Below are positions 19,399 to 28,721 of a stretch of DNA of 64,000 bases, piece by piece (within the stretch, counting starts at the first letter, position 1; each line of letters begins with the position of its first letter). Under the pieces are notes generated by a model. The model did not search any database. It worked only from the letters and a program-made list of their open reading frames with translations, and was not told the origin of the DNA. The DNA is from Candidatus Cloacimonadales bacterium. Lineage in GTDB: Bacteria > Cloacimonadota > Cloacimonadia > Cloacimonadales > JAFGVF01. The stretch is from NCBI GenBank assembly GCA_963677495.2, contig CAXXOU010000001.1, forward strand, positions 416,001 through 480,000, given 5' to 3'. The translations under genes and the position numbers were made by a program.

Positions 19399-21083
19399 AG
19401 TTGTATCCGAACAGTCTGCAATGAGTTTGCCTTGATAGTTACCGGGCAAAACCTATCTTCAAGTTGAAGTTTGTAATCTATTGCTTTATCGGAAGTGTTA
19501 AGTACCTGAACACTAAGCAATCCGTCACTATTAATCGTTGCGCATGTATGAATCTTATCATTATCTAATTCCGGTGATAACTTCTCAGTTTGAATAGCAA
19601 CATCTCCGGGTCTAATTGTTTGGCTAAACTGTGATAGGATTTGAAAGATAGGAGTATAATAAACATATTGCTTCTCAGTATCAATCATGATTGGAGCTCC
19701 ACAGAAGTTGCCTACATGATTTGGTCCACCGTCCTTATCTAATACAATATTCCAATCGACCCAACCCTTTACCCAATGATCTATGCTAACAATAATATTT
19801 CTTGCATATCTATGTACTGGTGTATAAGCAGGATGATCGTCAGCATTCACACCTTGCCAAGTCACTGAATATGCCCAATCTGTTGCATTGTCATTCCACC
19901 AAAAATCGTCGTTATCAAACCAGTCTGATTCTTTGAATTTAACAGGATCTAAAACACCATTAGGAGCATCTTTACCTAAGTCATCAATACAACCTTCTGT
20001 GTGAATAATAGAGAACTCAGGAAACTTTGCATGAACTCTATCAAAGACTTCTTCATAAACTTTGAATGTGCTCTCATACCAATGCACTGCGACACCGTAA
20101 ACAAATGGAGATGTTTCTTTATCGGCAAAAATATGGTCAGTCCAATGCTCTAATCCATCACGATTCTGATCATATACTAATAGCTTCATCCTCTTAAATC
20201 CATTCTTATGAAGCTTAGGACCTAAATACTTCTTAACAAAGTCATTTTGTGTCTCCGGAGAGAAGTGCATACTTTCCCACTGCCCATTATTACCATGAGG
20301 TTCATTAACAGGAGTTATACCCCAAAGTTCGACACCTTCATCTTGATAGTGTTGCAAGTACTTGATTAAATAATCAGCATAAGTTTCTTCGAACTCAGGT
20401 TTCAATGAACCTCCGGTACCTTGCCAATTGTTTTCAGTTGCACCCGGAATATACCATTCCTCAATGTCTTTCATCCAAGCCGGTGCTGTCCAGGCAGAAG
20501 CAATAATTCTGAGCTCGTTATCTTTCTGGTCCCGTTTTACGTTAAGAGCTTCCTTAATCATTGGTAATAAATCATAACTATCATCTAAAACAGAGGGGTA
20601 TTTACTCTTATCAAATCCTTTATGGTCTTCATTAATATTGAAAGACTCAAGCTTTGTATCATCTTTTTTAGGAGCGTATGAGTACTTCCCCTCAACACTG
20701 AAATCACATGCTCCTATATGAGTTCTTGTTAAAGTGAAATTAGCTCCTTCTTCACCAAATATCCTCTCCATAACCTGCTTTCTGTGTTCAGGTTTCAGAT
20801 GTGCGAGAACAAACGCTGAAGATTCTGTGAAAGATGTCCCGACCCCATCTATTACTTGTTTCTTTTGACTTGGGAAAACTGTCAGTACGTTACCTGAAGC
20901 TTTCCCATCGACAAACTTTACATTGTCTTGAATAGAGAGCTTATCACCTTCAGCAGATGTTATAATTATCTCTTTAGTTTCACTTGGTTTTACTGTCTTT
21001 TGCTTCATCATACTTGATATATTTGTCACTTGTAGCATTACGATAATAATTAGTACTATCTGAAATTGGCTTGCCCGTTTCAT
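19395..21083 (-). CDS. GH30 glycoside hydrolase (glucosylceramidase-like; probable beta-1,6-debranching glucosidase/glucanase)
   Basis: RTHIGACDFS, SAWTAPAWMK, TPVNEP, IHTEGC, WVDWNIVLD..GGPNH. Confidence 0.88.
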   Translation of the reverse strand: MKRASQFQIVLIIIVMLQVTNISSMMKQKTVKPSETKEIIITSAEGDKLSIQDNVKFVDGKASGNVLTVFPSQKKQVIDGVGTSFTESSAFVLAHLKPEHRKQVMERIFGEEGANFTLTRTHIGACDFSVEGKYSYAPKKDDTKLESFNINEDHKGFDKSKYPSVLDDSYDLLPMIKEALNVKRDQKDNELRIIASAWTAPAWMKDIEEWYIPGATENNWQGTGGSLKPEFEETYADYLIKYLQHYQDEGVELWGITPVNEPHGNNGQWESMHFSPETQNDFVKKYLGPKLHKNGFKRMKLLVYDQNRDGLEHWTDHIFADKETSPFVYGVAVHWYESTFKVYEEVFDRVHAKFPEFSIIHTEGCIDDLGKDAPNGVLDPVKFKESDWFDNDDFWWNDNATDWAYSVTWQGVNADDHPAYTPVHRYARNIIVSIDHWVKGWVDWNIVLDKDGGPNHVGNFCGAPIMIDTEKQYVYYTPIFQILSQFSQTIRPGDVAIQTEKLSPELDNDKIHTCATINSDGLLSVQVLNTSDKAIDYKLQLEDRFCPVTIKANSLQTVRIQL

Positions 21084-21087
21084 AGCA

Positions 21088-23001
21088 CTACATGTTTCCT
21101 TTTTCGGGATTTGCTTTATGACGTTTAGTCAGCTTTTCCCTGATTTCATATACTTTGTCTTCACTTAATGTGTATGTGAAAATTATCCATAAAGCTATAG
21201 CTGAGGTTACGAATGGTATCACTACATCAAAGATTCTTAACTGAAGCAAAGTGTTCTCAGGTTGATTAGCTCCCAAAGCTTGATCAAACTTTACAAACTT
21301 TAGTAATACACCAGTCATTAAACCTGATATTGACATACCTATCTTAACCATCCACCAATAGATAGCTCCAAAAACACCTTCACGTCTCTTATGAGTGTTT
21401 AACTCATCTAAGTCGCAGACATCAGATATCATTGAACCCATGAGTGTGAAGAGAGAACCGGTTCCAAAAGCTACTAACGGAGCAGCAAAGAGTAACCAAT
21501 ATGGGTGAGCAGGATTGTAACCAAACCACTTTACTACGAAACCTAACATTGAAAGGGAGATTGTCAGAAGGAAAGTCTTTCTTTTCCCAATCTTTGTTGC
21601 TATCCAACCGGTTAATGGTATCACTGCAAGTGTTGCTAATGATGTAATAGAACCAAACCAACCCATCAATTTCCCGGCACTTCCATCATTTCCGTTGAAA
21701 AGGTAGTATATCATCACATAGATAGAGAAAGAAACACCTAACTGGAATCCGTTAAATACAAGGAATGTAGCTCCACAAAGCTTCACAAAAGGTTTACATT
21801 TGAAAGTTGTAACAAGACCTGCAAAGAACTCTTGCATATTGGTCCAAAAACCTTTTGTAGCTTTCTCAACCGGTGCAAACACTTTCTTTTCTCTTAAGAA
21901 TATTGCAGGAATAATACCTAACACAGCTACTAACACACCAACGAAAATCGCTAAAACTCTTGCTCCATGCACAGTGTTTCTAAACAAACTACTTGCCATA
22001 ATAGCATAGAACCATGGTACACCCAGCCAAACAAGCTGTCCCATAGTATTTGCAAATGCGTGTAAACGAGTTCGTTCGTGATAATCGTTTGTCATCTCAT
22101 AACCAAAGGCAACAAATGGAGTTGCATAAATCGTATATGCTAAGAAGAAGACGATAGACATTATCAGGAAATAGATAAAGTACTTTGTAAAGAAACTGTT
22201 TTGTTTTCTGAGTTTAAATGATTGCATGGTTGCAATACCGGAACCGGTAACTCCACTCAGTTTTATCTCTATGCTTTTAATCTGTTCTAAATCTAGTTCA
22301 CCGTTATCACTGCCTTTAACTAACTGAGTACCTGCTATAGGTAACTTATAGAGTGATTGAGTTTCACTATCTGCCATCTCTGAAGTAACATTTAGTGCAT
22401 GTGCTTCATTGACTTCGTGGAAAATGACTTGCATCTCTTTATATTCAGGGAAATTAGTATTAAACTCAATCTGTGGGAAGCCGGAAAGATCAGTTAGAGC
22501 ACTCTCTTCTCCCGCCTTAACCTTTGGTCCATATACAATAAATGATATGTCTTTGTTTAACTCAGAATCATACTTTAAGTCAATTCCACCAGCTTCATTT
22601 TTATCAACATCAGCTACTTCTGATGTTACCGTTTGATGTGGTTTTATAGAATCACTTCCAAGAATATCAATATATCCTGAAGGCAACTGCCACATAATAG
22701 CGAAAATCAAACCTGCAAGAAGTGCACCTGCGAAGATAAACGGTCTTCTTCTACCCCAACGTGTTCTTGAGTTATCAGAGATATATCCTACCATAGGATC
22801 TGAGATAGCATCAAATATTCTTGGAATAGAACCAATTAATCCTACTAGCATTACATCCATACCTAATCCAAGGTTAAGAATAACAACCATCGCAGGTAGG
22901 GCTGCAGCTTGAAGGTTGTTTACAAGCATACCTACACCGTATGCAGATTTTTGTTTCAATGAAATCCTATCTTCAGGACGTGTTACATGGTGTTTACTCA
23001 T
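21088..23001 (-). CDS. GPH (MelB-like) MFS sugar transporter with a ~160 aa inserted soluble domain
   Basis: DAISDPMVGYISD..RTRWGRRRPF, DYHERTRL, D.CD.DEL...RREG; 637 aa against ~460 typical. Confidence 0.9.
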   Translation of the reverse strand: MSKHHVTRPEDRISLKQKSAYGVGMLVNNLQAAALPAMVVILNLGLGMDVMLVGLIGSIPRIFDAISDPMVGYISDNSRTRWGRRRPFIFAGALLAGLIFAIMWQLPSGYIDILGSDSIKPHQTVTSEVADVDKNEAGGIDLKYDSELNKDISFIVYGPKVKAGEESALTDLSGFPQIEFNTNFPEYKEMQVIFHEVNEAHALNVTSEMADSETQSLYKLPIAGTQLVKGSDNGELDLEQIKSIEIKLSGVTGSGIATMQSFKLRKQNSFFTKYFIYFLIMSIVFFLAYTIYATPFVAFGYEMTNDYHERTRLHAFANTMGQLVWLGVPWFYAIMASSLFRNTVHGARVLAIFVGVLVAVLGIIPAIFLREKKVFAPVEKATKGFWTNMQEFFAGLVTTFKCKPFVKLCGATFLVFNGFQLGVSFSIYVMIYYLFNGNDGSAGKLMGWFGSITSLATLAVIPLTGWIATKIGKRKTFLLTISLSMLGFVVKWFGYNPAHPYWLLFAAPLVAFGTGSLFTLMGSMISDVCDLDELNTHKRREGVFGAIYWWMVKIGMSISGLMTGVLLKFVKFDQALGANQPENTLLQLRIFDVVIPFVTSAIALWIIFTYTLSEDKVYEIREKLTKRHKANPEKGNM

Positions 23002-23013
23002 TTGATGTCCTCA

Positions 23014-26000
23014 CTATTTTGTAAGATATATATTATCAAAGTAAAGGTATCCAAATAGCATTGTAGCAACACCATCTGATGGATTCCACAGACCCAGATA
23101 TTTTGTATTATTAAAATTCACTGCAGAGAATACACTTAATGGGATCTCATATTTTAACCAATCTCCAGACACTTCCGGAGTATATGAAGAGATATTAACC
23201 TCTGTCTGACCACCATTTGTATCTTCAAACTTAACTCCTAAGCTGTTTACATCTGGCATAGCTGATTTATTCAGAAAGAATACAAGTGACTGATATTCTG
23301 AGATATCCTGACCTGCTGAACCGAAATCGAAAGCAATACCGCCCCAGCCGTTCCCTAAATCAGTGAAGTTAACTGATAAGACATAACTACCATCTACAGG
23401 TGTAACCATTGTACTTTCAGTATCTGCTTCACCCGAGTTTCCACTCCAGTCGGCACTGTTGATAATTCCGACATATGATAGTGTTGGGTCTGTATGAGTT
23501 TCACTATATATACCCATAGTATCATCGGATGAGCCTGATGCTGTTATGGTTGCAGTATCGTTATTTTCATTATTATTACTATCTGTATATGATGCGGTCA
23601 GAACATTTCCGACTGCAATGGATATCGTATCAGTTGCATCATCTGTAGTTCCAAAATTCAGATTTGCAGTTCCATTTCCTGTTCCGTCGAGAACAACATC
23701 AATCTGTATTGTATCAGTCCCATTATCGATTGAAACTGTAACTGTTGTATTGGGTGCGTTATCATCGAGTACAGAGACTACAGCACTAGTTGCATCTTCC
23801 TGATAACTATCAGCATCAAATCCAACACTGCTATTACCTGCACTTTCTTCCCAATATATATCATCTATACCAAATGAACACTGTGTTCCATTCTCTTCAA
23901 CGATTGTGAAAGCATAGCTAATTTGACTAAGATCACAACTTCCGGTCACTTCATCGATTGGTATTACTGCTTGTCCCCATTCTCCATCTCTAACGAGTCC
24001 ATATGCTGTTTGGTTAGCAGGGAAGAATACATAACTCTCATTACTACCTGAGTCTTGTATACCTATTTTGAAAGTAACATCAGCAGGCATCTTTATCATG
24101 AATTTTATGGATCCACCGGCAAAGTTTGAGAAATCCTGTGGATTATTTGCCATTACTCCTGCTCCAAACCAGCCAACACCGGCTGTTTCCCAAGATATAA
24201 CATTTTGTCCTTCGTAAGGTGACATTGTGCCTGCAGTTAAAGTGTTTTCCCACACAAATATCTCTGCATCTTCACCAATTGTAAAGCCATCAGTGATTGG
24301 GGTGTTGTCAGTAAAAACACCAAATGTTCCAAGTATAGGACCGGCAGATTGGATTGTTGCACTAACTGTCTTTGTGCTTGAAGAGCTATCTGTATAGCTA
24401 GCTTCTATTGTCCCACCGGCAACAATTTCAATTGTATCGGTTGCATCATCTGTTGTACCGAAGTATAAAGCAGAAGAACCACTTCCATTCGCATCAAGAG
24501 TCACATCAACACTAATTGTATCTGTTCCATTGTTAACTGAAACGCTAACAGTGCTATTGACAGCTCCTGTGTCAGTCACAGATATAGCAGCTCCAGTTTC
24601 ATCTATATTATATGAAGATTTATCAAAACTGATAGAACTATGGGTCGCTCCACCACCATCAAAATAGATATCATCGACAGCAAACTGGCATTGAGCACCA
24701 CTATCATCTTTTATCATGAAAGTGTAACTTACTAGTTCCAGATTAACATTTCCAACAAGTTGTTCCATTGGAATTGATGCTTGTCCCCACTCACCATCTC
24801 TAATTAAACCAAAAGCGTCTGTACTGGCAGGGAACATCACAAAATTCTCATTCCCATCTGTATCATTAATACCTATCTGAAAACTAACATCAGCTGGTAT
24901 CTTAACTGCAAAGTTTAGATTGCCACCTGCAAAAGTACTCAAATCTAAAGGTTGATTTGATTGAATTCCTGCACCATACCAAGCCATACCTGTTGTTGTA
25001 AAGGAGATGACATTAGAACCTTCAAATGGTAATAGGGTGCCTTGTGTAAGTGTTTGCTCCCATACATATATTTCAGCATCTGCACCAACGATTATACCAT
25101 CATCAACCGGAGTCGTATCAGTGAATATTCCAAATGATTCAATCGGTTCGTCATTTACTTCACCTTGATATGCTCTGATCCAATCGACATACATACTCTG
25201 AGGCCATTCTGTATTTTCTGAAGGAGCTCCACCATAGCCACCACCAACAGCTATGTTAATTAGAAGATAAAAGTCGTTGAGGAACTCATCCATTGTTTCA
25301 ACATCTATCAACTTTGTGAAATATGTAATGTTATCTATTCTTCCTATAATTCTTTGGGCATCCCATTCCACTTCAAAGACATGGTAATCATCGGCTAAAG
25401 ATTCACTGAATTCTCTTAATCCTTGTGATGATTGATGAGATTCAATCTCTTCATCCCACCAGTGAATAGTACAAATTGAAGTCTTATCATCATGATAAAG
25501 AGGACTCATCTCCATTATATCTATTTCTCCACAATAGGGCCAACTTATGTCATCAAAGTTTGAACCAAGCATCCAGAAAGCAGGCCACATTCCATCACCC
25601 TTTGGTGGTTTTATACGTGCCTGTACTTTACCATATTTCATCGTAAACTTGTTCTTTGTATTTAATCTACCCGAAGTAACAGATCCATCTCTCTTACCTG
25701 GTGCTATATAGTTATCGGAATCAAATCTTGCAGTTAGGACCAGATTCCCATTCTCAACTTTTACATTATCTTCGGAATCTGTATAGTTCTGCCACTCGTC
25801 ATTACCCCAACCATCATTTTGATTTCCATAACCATATCCAAGGTCATAATTCCATTTGGCAGGATCGGGAAAAGTACCGTCCTGATTGAATTCATCTGAC
25901 CAAATCAACTGGTAGTCAATTGGATTAGTAGAATCCGGTACTTTATCCGGTTCGGTTATTGTATCACAGCCGACTAAGAAGATTGCAGTCAAAATAGTCG

Positions 26001-26034
26001 CAAATATAGAAAAAAACATCACCTTTCGTATCAT
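23014..26034 (-). CDS. GH16 laminarinase lipoprotein with several C-terminal CBM-like modules
   Basis: Lipobox LVGC; WSDEF, GWGNDEWQ.Y, WPAFWMLG, GEIDIME catalytic motif; two copies of module D and a further CBM-like C-terminal domain. Confidence 0.92.
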   Translation of the reverse strand: MIRKVMFFSIFATILTAIFLVGCDTITEPDKVPDSTNPIDYQLIWSDEFNQDGTFPDPAKWNYDLGYGYGNQNDGWGNDEWQNYTDSEDNVKVENGNLVLTARFDSDNYIAPGKRDGSVTSGRLNTKNKFTMKYGKVQARIKPPKGDGMWPAFWMLGSNFDDISWPYCGEIDIMEMSPLYHDDKTSICTIHWWDEEIESHQSSQGLREFSESLADDYHVFEVEWDAQRIIGRIDNITYFTKLIDVETMDEFLNDFYLLINIAVGGGYGGAPSENTEWPQSMYVDWIRAYQGEVNDEPIESFGIFTDTTPVDDGIIVGADAEIYVWEQTLTQGTLLPFEGSNVISFTTTGMAWYGAGIQSNQPLDLSTFAGGNLNFAVKIPADVSFQIGINDTDGNENFVMFPASTDAFGLIRDGEWGQASIPMEQLVGNVNLELVSYTFMIKDDSGAQCQFAVDDIYFDGGGATHSSISFDKSSYNIDETGAAISVTDTGAVNSTVSVSVNNGTDTISVDVTLDANGSGSSALYFGTTDDATDTIEIVAGGTIEASYTDSSSSTKTVSATIQSAGPILGTFGVFTDNTPITDGFTIGEDAEIFVWENTLTAGTMSPYEGQNVISWETAGVGWFGAGVMANNPQDFSNFAGGSIKFMIKMPADVTFKIGIQDSGSNESYVFFPANQTAYGLVRDGEWGQAVIPIDEVTGSCDLSQISYAFTIVEENGTQCSFGIDDIYWEESAGNSSVGFDADSYQEDATSAVVSVLDDNAPNTTVTVSIDNGTDTIQIDVVLDGTGNGTANLNFGTTDDATDTISIAVGNVLTASYTDSNNNENNDTATITASGSSDDTMGIYSETHTDPTLSYVGIINSADWSGNSGEADTESTMVTPVDGSYVLSVNFTDLGNGWGGIAFDFGSAGQDISEYQSLVFFLNKSAMPDVNSLGVKFEDTNGGQTEVNISSYTPEVSGDWLKYEIPLSVFSAVNFNNTKYLGLWNPSDGVATMLFGYLYFDNIYLTK

Positions 26035-26084
26035 AACAAAACCTCTTTTTGTATTGCTACATCTAATTTCAAACCGTTTTTATA

Positions 26085-26125
26085 TGCTATATAGCAAATA
26101 GCCGTTTTTCTTTTTTCAATGTCAA
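26085..26125 (-). promoter_or_regulatory. Promoter of the left glucan operon with palindromic operator TGCTATATAGCA
   Basis: TTGACA on the minus strand at 26125-26120; perfect 12-bp palindrome at 26085-26096. Confidence 0.65.
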
Positions 26126-26467
26126 GCATTTTTTTCTTTTACGCTCTCTCATTATATGAAATCATTATCACGAGCCTTTGCTCTGCTATAGTCTTTCTGC
26201 CTGTTCCCATATCTTTAAGGTTTATGGAAATATTTTTACGACTACTGCATAAAATCCGTACTCACGACTATTTACTTTTTACAAAATAAAGCAAAATCTA
26301 TGGTTTGCCATAATTATATGTATAAGAGCTGGTTGAAGTCTTACAGAGAGTTCATAAAGATTGAATTAATATGATGCAATATGCGTGATTTTAATCCTGC
26401 TGCAATAAATTCACAACAAAGCATGAAAAAACATTACTTTTATAAAAGTAATCGTAAATGGATTTGA

Positions 26468-26515
26468 TTGCTATAGTATTTTTTTATTGACTGCTATAGG
26501 TACTGCTATTATTTT
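26468..26515 (+). promoter_or_regulatory. Regulator promoter with TGCTATA half-sites (possible autoregulation)
   Basis: TTGACT 26487 + 17 bp + TATTTT; TGCTATA at 26469 and 26492, TGCTAT at 26504. Confidence 0.45.
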
Positions 26516-26555
26516 CACTTTAGTTTTCTGAAATAAATAAGGAAAGAGAAGTAAA

Positions 26556-27611
26556 ATGAGTAGTAAAACACCAAAATATCTCAGCATTAAAGAGATTATT
26601 AAAGAGAGTATCAGAACCGGTGAAATTACCGGTAAACTTCCGGGTGAAAGAGTCATGGCAAAGATGTATGATGTTTCATACATGACCATTAGAAGAGCTG
26701 TTACTGAGTTAGTCGAAGAAGGAATCCTTCACAAGTTTACAACCAAAGGTACATTCGTCAGTCATAGCAAAATGACCCCTAAAATCACCCATAATATCGG
26801 TTTTTTCCTTGATTCAGGTATTAAGGAGGGTATATCAAGCCCCTACTACTCTCTGGTCTTTAATGCCCTTGAAAAAGAGGTTAAGCAAAAAGGTTACAAT
26901 CTGGTTCTCTTCTCAGATCCGGATGATCTTAATCCACTTAACAACCAGAAGAAGATTGATGGTGTCATTATCTGCTGCTTTCCGAGAATTGAAGGCAAGA
27001 TTCAAGAACTAAAGAAGATGCTACCAATAGTTTTACTTGACAACTTAGCATCAGATAAGTCTATTCCTTCAGTAACTTTAGACAACTTTAACAGCTCAAG
27101 TGAAGCAGCTAATCATCTCTTCAAACTCGGACACAAAAGAATAGGTTTTATTTCAGGTTTACTCGACTCTGATATCTGCAATGAAAGGCTTACAGGGTAC
27201 ACTTCCGCATTGATAGCTAATCAACTATCTGTTGAGCAAGAATTAATTTATAAAGGTGATTACTCCTATGAATCGGGTGAGTTTGGTGCTGAAAACCTAC
27301 TCTCACTAAAAACTCCGCCCACAGCAATCATGTGCGCAAACGATTCTATGGCTATTGGCGCAATGAAAGTTATTCGAGAAAAGGGTTACAGCATTCCTGA
27401 AGACATCAGTGTGATTGGTTTTGATGATATCAAAGTTTCATCAATGGTATTTCCTTCTCTTACAACGATTACCGCCCCCATTGAACGCATTGCCGAAAGA
27501 GCTATCGGGATGCTTTTAGCTATGATAGATGGGCTTGACCTTGACTATCAGCATGTGATATTACCTGCTCATCTTACAGAGAGAAATTCTTGTGCAAAAG
27601 TAAAGAATTAG
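26556..27611 (+). CDS. GntR-HTH / LacI-type sugar-binding transcriptional regulator (AraR-like architecture)
   Basis: LPGER..YDVSYMTIRRAV.ELV.EG winged HTH; GHKRIGFI, PTAIMCAND, IPEDISVIGFDD. Confidence 0.93.
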   Translation: MSSKTPKYLSIKEIIKESIRTGEITGKLPGERVMAKMYDVSYMTIRRAVTELVEEGILHKFTTKGTFVSHSKMTPKITHNIGFFLDSGIKEGISSPYYSLVFNALEKEVKQKGYNLVLFSDPDDLNPLNNQKKIDGVIICCFPRIEGKIQELKKMLPIVLLDNLASDKSIPSVTLDNFNSSSEAANHLFKLGHKRIGFISGLLDSDICNERLTGYTSALIANQLSVEQELIYKGDYSYESGEFGAENLLSLKTPPTAIMCANDSMAIGAMKVIREKGYSIPEDISVIGFDDIKVSSMVFPSLTTITAPIERIAERAIGMLLAMIDGLDLDYQHVILPAHLTERNSCAKVKN

Positions 27612-27677
27612 ATAAATACAAAACCCATAATCCTAATTCATCCTCTTAATAAACTCTGCCCTTTTTCCCTAACTTAA

Positions 27678-27760
27678 CCACGCAATATCCACGGGTAAAC
27701 CACGCCCAAACCACGCTTGCCGCGGTTAACCCGTTGTCAACCCGTGGTTTACCCGTGGTC
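27678..27760. repeat. 11-bp-phased palindromic array, CCACG core
   Basis: CCACG at 27678, 27689, 27700, 27711; inverted CG(T/C)(G/T)G at 27721, 27732, 27743, 27754; partial second copy at 63596-63644. Confidence 0.85.
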
Positions 27761-27818
27761 AAGTGCCTGAATTGTTTTAGAGATCTGATTGATTGATTTC
27801 TATCCAACATTTAACAAT

Positions 27819-28250
27819 ATACGCAGTGCGATTTGCAATAACTTAAGGCATTTCAGGGAGTTTGCCGGCCTGATAAGGAGAGCGGACTTCCTAAAATGTG
27901 CTCCGAAAGAAGAAGTGAGTCGCAATGAAATGTGACTCGCTAATTCTGGATCTCGAAGTCTCTTCTCCTGATTTCGTTCTCGCGTCACGCTATCGCTGCA
28001 ACGCAAGTCCGAAAGTGACATACACAGTGCTATTTGCAACAACTTACGGCATTTCAGGGAGTTTGTCGGCATGATGAGGCAACGGACTTCCTAAAATGTG
28101 CTCCGAAAGAAGAAGTGAGTCGCAATGAAATGTGACTCGCTAATTCTGGAACTCGAAGTCTCTTCTCCTGTTTTCGTTCTCGCGTCACGCTATCGCTGCA
28201 ACGCAAGTCCGAAAGAGGCATACACAGTGGCTTTTGCAATGACTTAGCTA
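27819..28250 (+). repeat. Tandem ~200-bp structured repeat (2 full units plus the start of a third)
   Basis: Units start with atac(g/a)cagtg at 27819, 28020, 28220; each has CGGACTT...AAGTCCG inverted ends and a GAGTCGCA/TGTGACTC hairpin. Confidence 0.9.
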
Positions 28251-28257
28251 TTTTCAC

Positions 28258-28407
28258 TGCCCTTTTTACTCTCTTTTACTGCTCCTTTCCCCAACGCACT
28301 GTGTCTGCACTGTGCACGCACTGTGAAGGCACTGTTAACCCACTGTTTCACTGGGTGCACAGTGCGTGCACAGTGGGAAAACAGTGGGATGACTGTGTTT
28401 TGATAGA
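28258..28407. repeat. 11-bp-phased palindromic array, CACTGT core
   Basis: CACTGT at 28297, 28308, 28319, 28330, 28341; ACAGTG at 28359, 28370, 28381; near-identical copy at 54746-54897. Confidence 0.9.
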
Positions 28408-28629
28408 TAGAATAATGATGGAGAGATGGGAATGAGATTTTGGGACTTAGGAAGTTTTTGCAAATCACAGAATACCACTACACAAATAAATATCAAAACC
28501 TGGAAAAGTTGATTATACTATCTTAGCGTGGTACAGAAATAAGTATCTTTTAAAAAACATATAGCAGTGTCGCAGATGTTAAATAGGGCTTTTAGAGTAC
28601 TTTAAGGTGTTAGAAAAGAAAAAATAAGC

Positions 28630-28667
28630 TTGACAGTAAAATGCATAAACGCAATTGCTATATAGAA
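28630..28667 (+). promoter_or_regulatory. Promoter of the right glucan operon with operator TGCTATATAGAA
   Basis: TTGACA 28630-28635; 11/12 match to the 26085 palindrome at 28656-28667. Confidence 0.6.
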
Positions 28668-28721
28668 GCTAAAATATTTATCCGTTGTTTTATATGCTAA
28701 TGAATCAAAAAGGAGCCGAAT

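Noticed and set aside
27819..28250. Integron attC cassette array
   Set aside because: No ORFs between the units, no clear RYYYAAC/GTTRRRY core pair, and no integrase in the window.
27678..28407. Possible CRISPR array
   Set aside because: No 23-47-bp identical repeats separated by unique spacers. The units are either 11-bp phased or ~200-bp near-identical, and no cas genes are present.
27800..28468. ORFs 27800..28072, 28054..28257 and 28244..28468 (and 54660..54864, 7321..7515)
   Set aside because: They are translations of the non-coding repeats. Indels between copies break the frames, and there is no RBS or protein-like composition.
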